Origin: Patescibacteria group bacterium
GTDB lineage: Bacteria; Patescibacteriota; UBA1384; JBAYJO01
Direction: 5' to 3'
Assembly: GCA_041665085.1 (NCBI GenBank)
Contig: JBAYJO010000005.1
Span: 1-63,381 of the forward strand
DNA: 63,381 bases
Positions 26,745 through 34,688 of this stretch are shown here, in pieces. Every line of letters begins with the position of its first letter. Within the stretch, counting starts at the first letter, position 1. The translations under genes and the position numbers were made by a program. The notes below the pieces were generated by a model. It was given only the letters and a program-made list of their open reading frames with translations. It searched no databases and was not told the DNA's origin.

Positions 26745-27437
26745 CTACTTGGGTATGAAGTCGGGGAATTTGCAGTAGTATACTGCAAAGTTCTCCACTT
26801 CGAATACAACCATGTCTCCCGGTTTGGCGAAGAAGGCCTCATCGCTGTAGCGCGAGTAAGCTTTCCCGTTGATGATCATAGATCCTTCGATGACGAGAAT
26901 GGTCTCTGATCTTTTCAAGGGGCCAAAGGTGTGCTTCCCGGCAAGTGCTATGCCGGCGCTCATGGATGTCTTTTCTTGTCCATTGAGCTGCAGTCCGATG
27001 CTCATGACGCGGCCATCAGAGAAGCTGTTGTGTCGAAGCTCTGCGATCTGACCAAAACTCATGATCTTGTCGCGAAGATCGATCAGTCTGTCCAAATGCG
27101 TCTTCAGAGCGTCGAGACTGACACATTCGTCTTCTCTTCCCGCTTGGGCATTGCCGATCCGCGTGTTCAATGAACGGCTTGCTTCAGAGAGCTGATTCAG
27201 TGTCTTATTCCTGCTCTCAAGGATCTCTCCCCATGGTGTGGTTGGTGTCATGAATCCTGCCATCCCGGGCAAATCCTTGATTGTGGTGCACAAGTTCCTG
27301 ATTTCCTCCAACTTCCGGAGCTCTTCGGCTGTGAACCCTGTGGTTAAAGTGTAGAATTGGCCGGCGATCAGCACCTTCGCCACGACATAGCCGGTAATAA
27401 CGTCTGTTGAGACAATGCTTTGTATCCAATCGATCAT
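26745..27437 (-). CDS. Hypothetical protein with a C-terminal PpnP/DUF1255-like cupin domain (GC-rich islet 7)
   Basis: The C-terminal roughly 95 aa (FSDGRVMSIG...GKHTFGPLKRSETILVIEGSMII....GDMVVFEVENFAVYYCKF) follow the PpnP pattern F.G.V.SIG...G.YTF.T...E.M.V..G....G..F.VP....F...Y.C.Y. The N-terminal roughly 130 aa are unassigned. Confidence 0.45.
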   Translation of the reverse strand: MIDWIQSIVSTDVITGYVVAKVLIAGQFYTLTTGFTAEELRKLEEIRNLCTTIKDLPGMAGFMTPTTPWGEILESRNKTLNQLSEASRSLNTRIGNAQAGREDECVSLDALKTHLDRLIDLRDKIMSFGQIAELRHNSFSDGRVMSIGLQLNGQEKTSMSAGIALAGKHTFGPLKRSETILVIEGSMIINGKAYSRYSDEAFFAKPGDMVVFEVENFAVYYCKFPDFIPK

Positions 27438-27467
27438 TGTCTTCCTCCTTGTAGTCTCGCTCTGCGC

Positions 27468-27496
27468 ATTATACTATAAATAAGAGTTATCGTCAA
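27468..27496 (-). promoter_or_regulatory. Sigma70-type promoter for 26745-27437
   Basis: On the minus strand: TTGACG (27496-27491), a 17-nt spacer, TATAAT (27473-27468). The SD aaggagg lies before the ATG. Confidence 0.5.
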
Positions 27497-27535
27497 TTAG
27501 CATATGAAAAGTTATAAGGTAAATGGAATTATAAA

Positions 27536-28183
27536 ATGGTTTACGCAATTATTTTAGCGGCCGGAAAGAGTAAAAGATTTGGTTCAAATAAGCTTTTAGT
27601 TTTGTATAACAATCGTCCAGTTATTTATATTACTTTAGAAAAATTTCAAAATAATCCAAATATTGATGAAATTATTATTGTTGCAAATGAAGAAATGAAG
27701 AGTAGCCTAAAAAATATTAAAAAAATATTTCCTAAAATTAAAAAAGTTGTTTTAGGTGGAAATTTAAGGCAGGAATCGGTTTATAATGGTCTCATTTCAA
27801 TTAAAAATGCTGATGATTCTGATGTTCTGATAATTCATAATGGCGCTAATCCTTTTATAGATAAAAAAACAATTGACAAGTGCATTGCTCAAACAAAAAA
27901 AATCGGCGCTGTTGTAACTGGTTTTCCGGTGATTGATACGATTAAATCTATTGATTCAAAAAAATATACTTCAAATATTACAGATAGAAAAAATTTGTGG
28001 CATATTCAAACTCCACAAGTTTTTAAGTATCAAATTATTAAAAAAGCTTATGAAAATGCGAAAACTAATAATATAATTGCTACTGATGATTCAACTTTAG
28101 TTGAAGAGATCGGTTATAAGGTAAAAATAGTTAAATGTTCTCGAAATAACATTAAAATTACTTATAAATATGACTTGTCATGA
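27536..28183 (+). CDS. ispD: 2-C-methyl-D-erythritol 4-phosphate cytidylyltransferase
   Basis: AIILAAGKSKRFG..NKL at the N terminus, with VIDTIK and TPQVF blocks typical of IspD. Confidence 0.85.
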   Translation: MVYAIILAAGKSKRFGSNKLLVLYNNRPVIYITLEKFQNNPNIDEIIIVANEEMKSSLKNIKKIFPKIKKVVLGGNLRQESVYNGLISIKNADDSDVLIIHNGANPFIDKKTIDKCIAQTKKIGAVVTGFPVIDTIKSIDSKKYTSNITDRKNLWHIQTPQVFKYQIIKKAYENAKTNNIIATDDSTLVEEIGYKVKIVKCSRNNIKITYKYDLS

Positions 28184-28216
28184 TAAAAATTTAAAAACAA
28201 AAAGAAAAGGAATTTT

Positions 28217-28993
28217 ATGTTGGTACTTCAAGCTAACGCAAAAATAAATTTAAGTTTAGAAATAGTTGGTAAAGAAAATGACGGCTATCATGCAATAAAA
28301 AGTATTTTTCAATCGATTAATCTATCAGATTTTCTTGAAATTAAAAAAAACATCTCTACTCAATTGACTGGGTCGATTTTAACTTCCAAAAATAATCAGG
28401 TAATTTTTAAATCAGTTGTACTTCTTCAAGATTTTGTTAGAAAAACCCTGCCTTGTTCAATCCATCTTCAAAAAAATATTCCAATTGCGGCCGGATTGGG
28501 AGGTGAGAGCGTCGATGCCGCTGCAGTTATAATTGGTATAAATAAACTTTATAATTTATCTTTATCCAAAACTGAACTAAGAGAAATTGCTATAAAGGTT
28601 GGTTCAGACGTGCCTTTTTTTCTAGAAGGCGGTACTAGATTGGTTGAAGGCAGAGGAGAAATTGTTAAAATTTCAAGTAAAATTAAGCCGACTAATTATT
28701 ATGTTTTGGCAAGACCTCATACTAGGGTTTTGACTGCTGAAATTTTTAAAATTTATGACAAACAAAAAAATTTATTTGAAAGTTGTGCTACAGTTTGTCC
28801 CGATATAAAATGTTTAAAGAAATATTTTAGTGGATTTTGTTCAAAACAATATGGGCTTTCTGGTAGCGGTCCGACTATGTTTTGCGGAGTTGATGATTTT
28901 ACTCAAGCTGAAGAGATCGCTTATGGATTAGAAAAATTTAACGGAGATATATTTATTGTTAGACCCGAGAGTGCGGGAGTAAAGATAATATAA
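28217..28993 (+). CDS. ispE: 4-diphosphocytidyl-2-C-methyl-D-erythritol kinase
   Basis: AKINLSLEIVGKENDGYH plus the GHMP kinase motif PIAAGLGGESVDAAA. It is adjacent to ispD. Confidence 0.85.
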   Translation: MLVLQANAKINLSLEIVGKENDGYHAIKSIFQSINLSDFLEIKKNISTQLTGSILTSKNNQVIFKSVVLLQDFVRKTLPCSIHLQKNIPIAAGLGGESVDAAAVIIGINKLYNLSLSKTELREIAIKVGSDVPFFLEGGTRLVEGRGEIVKISSKIKPTNYYVLARPHTRVLTAEIFKIYDKQKNLFESCATVCPDIKCLKKYFSGFCSKQYGLSGSGPTMFCGVDDFTQAEEIAYGLEKFNGDIFIVRPESAGVKII

Positions 28994-29002
28994 TTTTTAA
29001 AG

Positions 29003-29728
29003 ATGAAAAGTTATAAGATCAATTGCATTATTTTAAAAAGAAAAAATTTTATGGAAGCAGATCGTCTGGTTACAGTTTTTACGCGTGATTTGGGAAAGCT
29101 TAAATTGCTTGCAAAAGGGAGTCGGAAGCCATTATCAAAAATGGGAGGAATACTTCAAACATTCAATTTAGTTCATTTATTGGTTCATCGAGGCAGGACA
29201 TTTGATATTATTACTGGTGGTAACTTGATTGAGGCATTTAAGCCAAAAAATCTTGAAGATGTAAGTGAAATTTTCACTATTGCCGAACTGATTGATAAAT
29301 TTATTGCTGAAGAAGATCCACATCCGGAGGTTTATGATCTAGTTAAAGAACTTTACGATTTTGAGCCAAATGAAGTACTTTTAAATTATTTTAAGTTTAA
29401 ACTTTTGGATTTGGTTGGTCTTGGTCCGGAACTTGGGAATTGTGTAAATTGTTCAAATAAATTAGAGCAAGATGGCAATGGGTTTAGTCCGATGCAGGGT
29501 GTTCTTTGCCCAAAATGTTTGCATTTAGGATTTCCAGTTAAAAACGAGACGATTAAATTTTTACGGTTAACTTTAAATAAAGATGCTGATTTTATTTTTA
29601 GATTGAAAATGGATGATGAAGCTATTGAGGAAATAGGAAAAATAATAAATATCATTCTTGCCGAAAAGACTCATGTTAAGCTTAATTCGAATAAATTTGT
29701 TCAAGAAGTGAAGAGTTTGCATAGTTAG
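29003..29728 (+). CDS. recO: DNA repair protein RecO
   Basis: An N-terminal OB-fold signature (IILKRKNFMEADRLVTVFTRDLGKLKLLAKGSRK) and the zinc motif CVNCSN...CPKC. Confidence 0.85.
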   Translation: MKSYKINCIILKRKNFMEADRLVTVFTRDLGKLKLLAKGSRKPLSKMGGILQTFNLVHLLVHRGRTFDIITGGNLIEAFKPKNLEDVSEIFTIAELIDKFIAEEDPHPEVYDLVKELYDFEPNEVLLNYFKFKLLDLVGLGPELGNCVNCSNKLEQDGNGFSPMQGVLCPKCLHLGFPVKNETIKFLRLTLNKDADFIFRLKMDDEAIEEIGKIINIILAEKTHVKLNSNKFVQEVKSLHS

Positions 29729-29803
29729 AAAATGCGAGGCATTGCCAAATTGCTTAGCATCGGCGGACCTACATGCGCAATTTTAGCAATGACTCGCATT
29801 TTC
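29728..29803 (+). repeat. Hairpin element with a conserved loop (TGCTTAGC...CATGCGC family), copy 1
   Basis: The arms are gaaaatgcgaggcattgccaaat and attttagcaatgactcgcattttc. The loop is tgcttagcatcggcggacctacatgcgca. Confidence 0.65.
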
Positions 29804-29883
29804 TAGATTCTTAGAGCTTGTTTAATTTGGTGGAAAAGTTATGTAGGAGTATAATATAATTAGTAAAAAGCTAGGGGGGTTAG

Positions 29884-30408
29884 ATGTTTAGACATATTCC
29901 AAGTAAGCAAAACCCATTTGTGAGAATCGCAAATTTATTGATGCCGGATACTAAAGAATACAACGAGTTTGTGAAAAGAGAATTTGTAAGTGAAAAAGCA
30001 AGAATGAAATGGGCTTATATTTTTTTGATTTTTGGGCTAGGATTTCTTTTCACTTTAACAATTAATCCAATGACGATTTGGGACAAAGATTTTTTTTGGA
30101 ACAGATGGCTGTTTTTATTTTTATCTGCGCTTATGGTTTGTTTGTCCCGAGCATTTTTCAAATTAGGTAAAAAAGAGATAGAAAAAATTGAAATGAAAGT
30201 TACTTTTATTGTTATCGCAGTAGCTGTAATTGTGTGGGCTTATTCAATTATGACTAGCGGACTTTCAATTATTTGGCCTAAGCTGATAGTTGATGTTTTG
30301 GCAATTCTTGGTGTTGGTTTTATGTTTTCAAGGAAAAATTTAATGATTATTGGCTTGATAATGTTTATGGTTTCATTTATAATTTCTTCAGTGTATCTTA
30401 TAAATTGA
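29884..30408 (+). CDS. Multi-pass membrane protein
   Basis: 174 aa with four to five hydrophobic helices. I recognise no family. Confidence 0.5.
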   Translation: MFRHIPSKQNPFVRIANLLMPDTKEYNEFVKREFVSEKARMKWAYIFLIFGLGFLFTLTINPMTIWDKDFFWNRWLFLFLSALMVCLSRAFFKLGKKEIEKIEMKVTFIVIAVAVIVWAYSIMTSGLSIIWPKLIVDVLAILGVGFMFSRKNLMIIGLIMFMVSFIISSVYLIN

Positions 30409-30444
30409 TTTATAATTTAGAATTAAAAATTAATAATTAATTTT

Positions 30445-31824
30445 ATGTCTGCAAAAAATATGGAAAATGTTGTTAACTTAGCTAAAAGACGAGGTTTTGT
30501 TTATCCATCAAGCGAAATTTATGGAGGGCTTGGAAGTGTATATGATTATGGACCATTAGGTGTTCAGATGCTAAGAAATATTCGTGATCTTTGGTGGCAA
30601 CATTTTATTATTGAGAAAGAAGATGTTATTGGGATAGAGAGTCAGATTTTTATGCATCCACAAACTTGGGTATCGAGTGGACATGTGGGAGGTTTTTCTG
30701 ATCCATTAATAGAATGTAAAAAATGTCATAATCGTTTTAGGGCTGATCATTTAATTAATGATTTGGATAAAAATATCGAGACAGATGGTATGGATAAAAA
30801 AGAAATGAAAGCGGTTTTGGATAAACTAAGTGCTAAATGCCCGGTTTGCAAAAGCTTAAGTTGGGATGAAATAAAAGATTTTAATACAATGTTTAAGACT
30901 AGCCTTGGTGCTACGGAAGATAATTCAAGCGTGCTTTATTTAAGGCCTGAAACTGCACAAGGTATGTTTGTACTTTTTAAAAATATTTTAAGTTCCACAA
31001 GATTAAAGGTTCCGTTTGGGGTTGCGCAGCAAGGTAAAGCTTTTAGAAATGAAATAACAACTGGTAAATTTATTTTTCGCACATTAGAATTTGAACAAAT
31101 GGAATTACAATATTTTATTAAAGAATCAGATTGGCAGAATCAATTTGAGAGATGGAGAAAAGAGATTGAGGTTTGGTATACAGAAATTTTAGGTCTTGAT
31201 AAGAAAAAATTTCTTTGGAAGCCTCATAAAAAGTTAGCTCATTATGCAAAAGCAGCTGAAGATTATACTTATGAATTTAGCTGGGGTTTTGATGAGGTGA
31301 GCGGTTTACATTACAGAACTGATTTCGATTTAAAAACTCATCAAAAAAATTCAGGAAGCGATATGGCATATCTTGATCCTCTGACAGGTGAGAAATTTAT
31401 CCCACATGATATTGAATCAACTTGGGGATTAAATAGGAATTTATTAATGCTTTTGGAAGATGCATATGATGAATCTGACGGGCAAGATGGGCGAGCGGTA
31501 GGAGAAATTACTTTGCATCTAAATCCGAAAGTCGCGCCAGTAAAAGTAGGAGTTTTTCCATTGGTGAAAAAAGAAAGATTACCTGAAATTGCTCAACAAA
31601 TTGTTTCTGGATTAACTAAAGAAGGAATCGCGTCTTTTTATGATGAATCGGGTTCGATTGGGCGCAGATATAGAAGGCAAGACGAAATTGGCACTCCATA
31701 TTGTATTACAGTTGATTTTGATTCGCTTGAAGATAAGGCAATTACAATTAGAGATAGAGATACTTTAAAACAAGAGAGAATTAAGATTGATGAAATCGGT
31801 GAGTGGTTGAAGAATAAGATCTAA
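30445..31824 (+). CDS. glyQS: Glycine--tRNA ligase (dimeric class II type)
   Basis: AKRRGFVYPSSEIYGGLGSVYDYGPLG, LRPETAQG, FRNE and RTLEFEQMELQYF are the class II motifs of GlyQS. Confidence 0.9.
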   Translation: MSAKNMENVVNLAKRRGFVYPSSEIYGGLGSVYDYGPLGVQMLRNIRDLWWQHFIIEKEDVIGIESQIFMHPQTWVSSGHVGGFSDPLIECKKCHNRFRADHLINDLDKNIETDGMDKKEMKAVLDKLSAKCPVCKSLSWDEIKDFNTMFKTSLGATEDNSSVLYLRPETAQGMFVLFKNILSSTRLKVPFGVAQQGKAFRNEITTGKFIFRTLEFEQMELQYFIKESDWQNQFERWRKEIEVWYTEILGLDKKKFLWKPHKKLAHYAKAAEDYTYEFSWGFDEVSGLHYRTDFDLKTHQKNSGSDMAYLDPLTGEKFIPHDIESTWGLNRNLLMLLEDAYDESDGQDGRAVGEITLHLNPKVAPVKVGVFPLVKKERLPEIAQQIVSGLTKEGIASFYDESGSIGRRYRRQDEIGTPYCITVDFDSLEDKAITIRDRDTLKQERIKIDEIGEWLKNKI

Positions 31825-31854
31825 ATTATTAATAAAATGGACAGAATAATTTTT

Positions 31855-32020
31855 GTAAGGGACAGAGGGCTCCTTTTCGACCTGCCTCGCCGGCAGGCAG
31901 GCTTTTTCATAAGCATAAAAAAATACTTATTTCCTAAAAGACACTCTGATGACCTATCCTGTTTCACAGGCAGGCACAGTTTCTTTTGGAGCATAAGTAT
32001 TTTTTTACTTTCTGAAAAAG
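31855..32020 (+). repeat. Composite hairpin element, copy 2
   Basis: Module B is identical or nearly so to 3240-3357. The right arm of module A is replaced by the small palindrome cctgcctcgccggcaggcagg (31881-31902). Confidence 0.8.
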
Positions 32021-32154
32021 ATTTTGAGGTGAGAAATTCCATACTTTATGAACTTTTAACTTTATGAACTTTTTGACTTGAAAGGGGTTGATTTATAACC
32101 CTTTTTTTGGTATGTTCTATGTGCTTGAGGATTTTACGCTTGGAGGTAGGGCGA

Positions 32155-32586
32155 GTGAACATAACTAGGTCAAGTATTCCGCTGTGTCGAGACAGGAGAT
32201 TTCTGACTGTCAAAGACATGGCTCGGAATATCGGGAAGCGCTACTCGTGGGTGGTGGCGGAATTGGCTCTTATGCAGATTAGAATAGAGCAGGTTTTTCA
32301 TTACGATGGAGGCCCTCTTGTATTCTATGCGCCGTGTATACAGATGTATCTGCGTTTGAAAGCAGCCGAGGTTCCACTGTCTGGCGTTTGGGTGACTCGT
32401 AATGAGATTATCAGGATTCTCGACTGCGGGCTGACATGGAGAACTGCAGAGAAACTGCTCAAACCTTTCAAGCATTATGCTAAGAAACGGAGAGGGTTTC
32501 ACAACAGGATTCATTGGTGTTATCCGCCTTGTATTCTTGTTGCGCTGCGCGGAGTTCTTTATGCGAAATTGATGTTTGATCGTTGA
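32155..32586 (+). CDS. Hypothetical protein (GC-rich islet 8)
   Basis: An in-frame GTG lies 8 nt after GGAGG (32142-32146). The product is 143 aa. A promoter-like TTGACT..GGGGTTG..TATAAC sits at 32073-32099, and the hairpin ggtcgtggtg...caccacgacc lies downstream. I recognise no family. Confidence 0.45.
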   Translation: MNITRSSIPLCRDRRFLTVKDMARNIGKRYSWVVAELALMQIRIEQVFHYDGGPLVFYAPCIQMYLRLKAAEVPLSGVWVTRNEIIRILDCGLTWRTAEKLLKPFKHYAKKRRGFHNRIHWCYPPCILVALRGVLYAKLMFDR

Positions 32587-32687
32587 GACTAGGGTCGTGG
32601 TGGATCTATTCACCACGACCTTTCGCGTTGCCTTGAGTATTGACAGGATTGACACATCTGTTGCAAAAAGAGATAATAGAAATATCT

Positions 32688-32723
32688 GTGGAAAAAAGTG
32701 GGGAAAATTGTCAAATATAGTGG
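32688..32723 (+). promoter_or_regulatory. Candidate MraZ operator: phased GTGG repeats upstream of mraZ
   Basis: GTGGaaaaaa GTGGggaaaatt GTcaaatata GTGGaaaac, with GTGG at 32688, 32698 and 32720 and a degenerate unit at about 32709 (a 10-11-nt phase). MraZ is known to bind GTGG(G) direct repeats at about 10-bp spacing. Confidence 0.45.
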
Positions 32724-32831
32724 AAAACTGGCAATTAGTTCACTATAAGTAGTAAGAATATAAAAATTAATAAGTTTTAAGTTTTAAATTATGATTTTGA
32801 ACTTTAAACTTTAAATTATAAGTTGAATATT

Positions 32832-33266
32832 ATGTTTATAGGTGAGTATCAACATTCAATAGATAAAAAAGGCCGAATTGCAGTTCCTTTTCGTTTTCGT
32901 AAAAATCTTTCTGACGGTGCAGTTGTGGCCAAAGGTCTTGTTGATAATTGTTTAAGCATTTATCCAAAGAAGGAGTGGGAAATTCTTTCTGCAAAACTTG
33001 CCGCATTACCAATTTCAGATAAAAAAGCTCGTGCATTTACCAGGTTGATGTTTTCCGGTGCAGTTGAGGTTGATTTTGATCAACAGGGAAGAATTTTATT
33101 GCCAGCTTATTTAAGAGAATATGCCGGTATTAATAGTCAGGCAATAATTGCTGGTGTATATAACAGAGTAGAAATTTGGGATGAAAAGAACTGGGAAGAT
33201 TACAAGAAATTGAGTGAAAATGAAAGCGATGATATTTCTACCCATATGCAGGAACTCGGAGTTTAA
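32832..33266 (+). CDS. mraZ: Transcriptional regulator MraZ
   Basis: The MFIGEYQHSIDKKGRIAVPFRFR N terminus and a second DQQGRILLP repeat give the two SpoVT/AbrB-like halves. Confidence 0.9.
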   Translation: MFIGEYQHSIDKKGRIAVPFRFRKNLSDGAVVAKGLVDNCLSIYPKKEWEILSAKLAALPISDKKARAFTRLMFSGAVEVDFDQQGRILLPAYLREYAGINSQAIIAGVYNRVEIWDEKNWEDYKKLSENESDDISTHMQELGV

Positions 33267-33477
33267 AAATAGTTAAAAGTTTATAAAGTTAAAAGAAAAA
33301 ATATGAAAAATGAAAATATAATAGACAAAGAATTTCAGACAAAAGCCGTATTATCCAATTATTTTAATTTGCTAAAATCAGAGGCAGGGAAAAACACTTT
33401 TTGTGAAATGGTAAGGAGGGGCAAACCTACCCAATTTACTAAATTGGGTCTCCCTGCCTGCTGGTTTATGAAATAAT

Positions 33478-34341
33478 ATGGAACATATTCCTGTACTTTT
33501 AAATGAAGTAATAAAATTTTTGCAGCCAAAGAAAGATGGAAAATATATCGATTGTACGCTAGGTTTTGGCGGTCATGGGAAAGCGATTCTTTCTGCTTCA
33601 GATCCAAATGGAAAATTGCTTGGGATTGAAGGAGACGAGGAGACATTTAAGCTGACTAAAGAGGCTTTAAGAGAATACAAAGATCGAGCAAAAGTAGCTT
33701 TAGCTAATTTCCGAGATATTAAAGAGGTTGCTCATAAAAACGATTTTGATCAGGTTGACGCGATTCTTTACGACCTAGGCATTTCCTCATATCAGCTAGA
33801 TCAAGGAAAATCCGGACTTTCATTCCAAATTGATGCGCCTCTTGATATGCGAATGAGACCATGGGAACAAAATTTGATGGCAGCAGAAATTGTAAATACT
33901 TGGCAAGAAGATAGATTGGCAAATTTGATTTATGAATATGGCGGTGAGAGAGCTTCTAGAAAAATAGCTAAAGCTATTAAGGAAGCAAGACGAAATAAAA
34001 GAATTATTTCAACGTTCGAATTAGCTGAATTAATTGAAAAATCGATTGGCAGATATTCAAGAATTCATCCGGCAACAAAAACTTTTCAAGCATTAAGGAT
34101 TAAAGTCAATGAAGAGTATGAAAATTTAGAAATATCTCTTGAAAATGCATCTTGTTTGCTGAAAGACGGTGGAAGAATTGCAGTAATAAGTTTTCATGAG
34201 GGCGAAGATAGAATAGTTAAAAATTTTTTCAAGAATAGTGATTTAAAAATAATTACAAAAAAACCAATTATTCCCTCAAGGGAAGAAGTAATAAAAAATC
34301 CAAGATCGCGAAGTGCAAAACTTCGAATAGCGGAAAAATAA
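33478..34341 (+). CDS. rsmH: 16S rRNA (cytosine1402-N4)-methyltransferase
   Basis: HIPVLLNEV, DCTLGFGGH, DLGISSYQLD, SFHEGEDR and NPRSRSAKLR are the RsmH/MraW blocks. Confidence 0.9.
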   Translation: MEHIPVLLNEVIKFLQPKKDGKYIDCTLGFGGHGKAILSASDPNGKLLGIEGDEETFKLTKEALREYKDRAKVALANFRDIKEVAHKNDFDQVDAILYDLGISSYQLDQGKSGLSFQIDAPLDMRMRPWEQNLMAAEIVNTWQEDRLANLIYEYGGERASRKIAKAIKEARRNKRIISTFELAELIEKSIGRYSRIHPATKTFQALRIKVNEEYENLEISLENASCLLKDGGRIAVISFHEGEDRIVKNFFKNSDLKIITKKPIIPSREEVIKNPRSRSAKLRIAEK

Positions 34342-34353
34342 GGAGGAGAAGTA

Positions 34354-34677
34354 ATGTTAACCAATACATTTGAACATACAGCATATAAACAAAGAACAGT
34401 TGAAAGAGGAATTACTCTTGGTCCAACTGCAACTAAATTTATTACAGTTATTTTAATTGCTGTGGCAGCATTATTTTATTTGGTTCAACAGACTCAATCT
34501 GCAACAAAAAATTATCAGTTGCAAGAAAAGAAAATTGAAAAAGAAGCACTTTTAAAGGAATCGGAACGACTTAAAGTCGAAGCAATCAGGTTGCAGTCAC
34601 TTGATAATACAACAAAGGGAGCAGAAAATCTTGGATTAGAGCAGACAAATTCTGTTAACTATTTTGATGCCAATTAA
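34354..34677 (+). CDS. ftsL: FtsL-like cell division protein
   Basis: 107 aa with a single TM and then a coiled coil. It sits between rsmH and ftsI, and the assignment is positional and structural only. Confidence 0.5.
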   Translation: MLTNTFEHTAYKQRTVERGITLGPTATKFITVILIAVAALFYLVQQTQSATKNYQLQEKKIEKEALLKESERLKVEAIRLQSLDNTTKGAENLGLEQTNSVNYFDAN

Positions 34678-34688
34678 TATTAATACTT

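Noticed and set aside
31821-32067. ORFs of 73-76 aa on both strands (31821-32042, 31837-32067)
   Set aside because: They run through hairpin element copy 2, which is a palindromic repeat present in four copies and not coding.
32170-32655. A 161-aa ORF antisense to islet 8
   Set aside because: The promoter-like site, GGAGG plus GTG start and downstream hairpin all fit the + strand gene. The antisense product is low-complexity (S/T/R/N-rich), and its start would lie beyond the hairpin.
33303-33476. A 57-codon ORF filling the mraZ-rsmH spacer (MKNENIIDKEF...)
   Set aside because: It has no SD and ends 1 nt before the rsmH ATG. The region also forms a long-range hairpin (gaggcaggga / tccctgcctg). 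It could be real, but the sequence alone does not support it. Ribosome profiling would decide.
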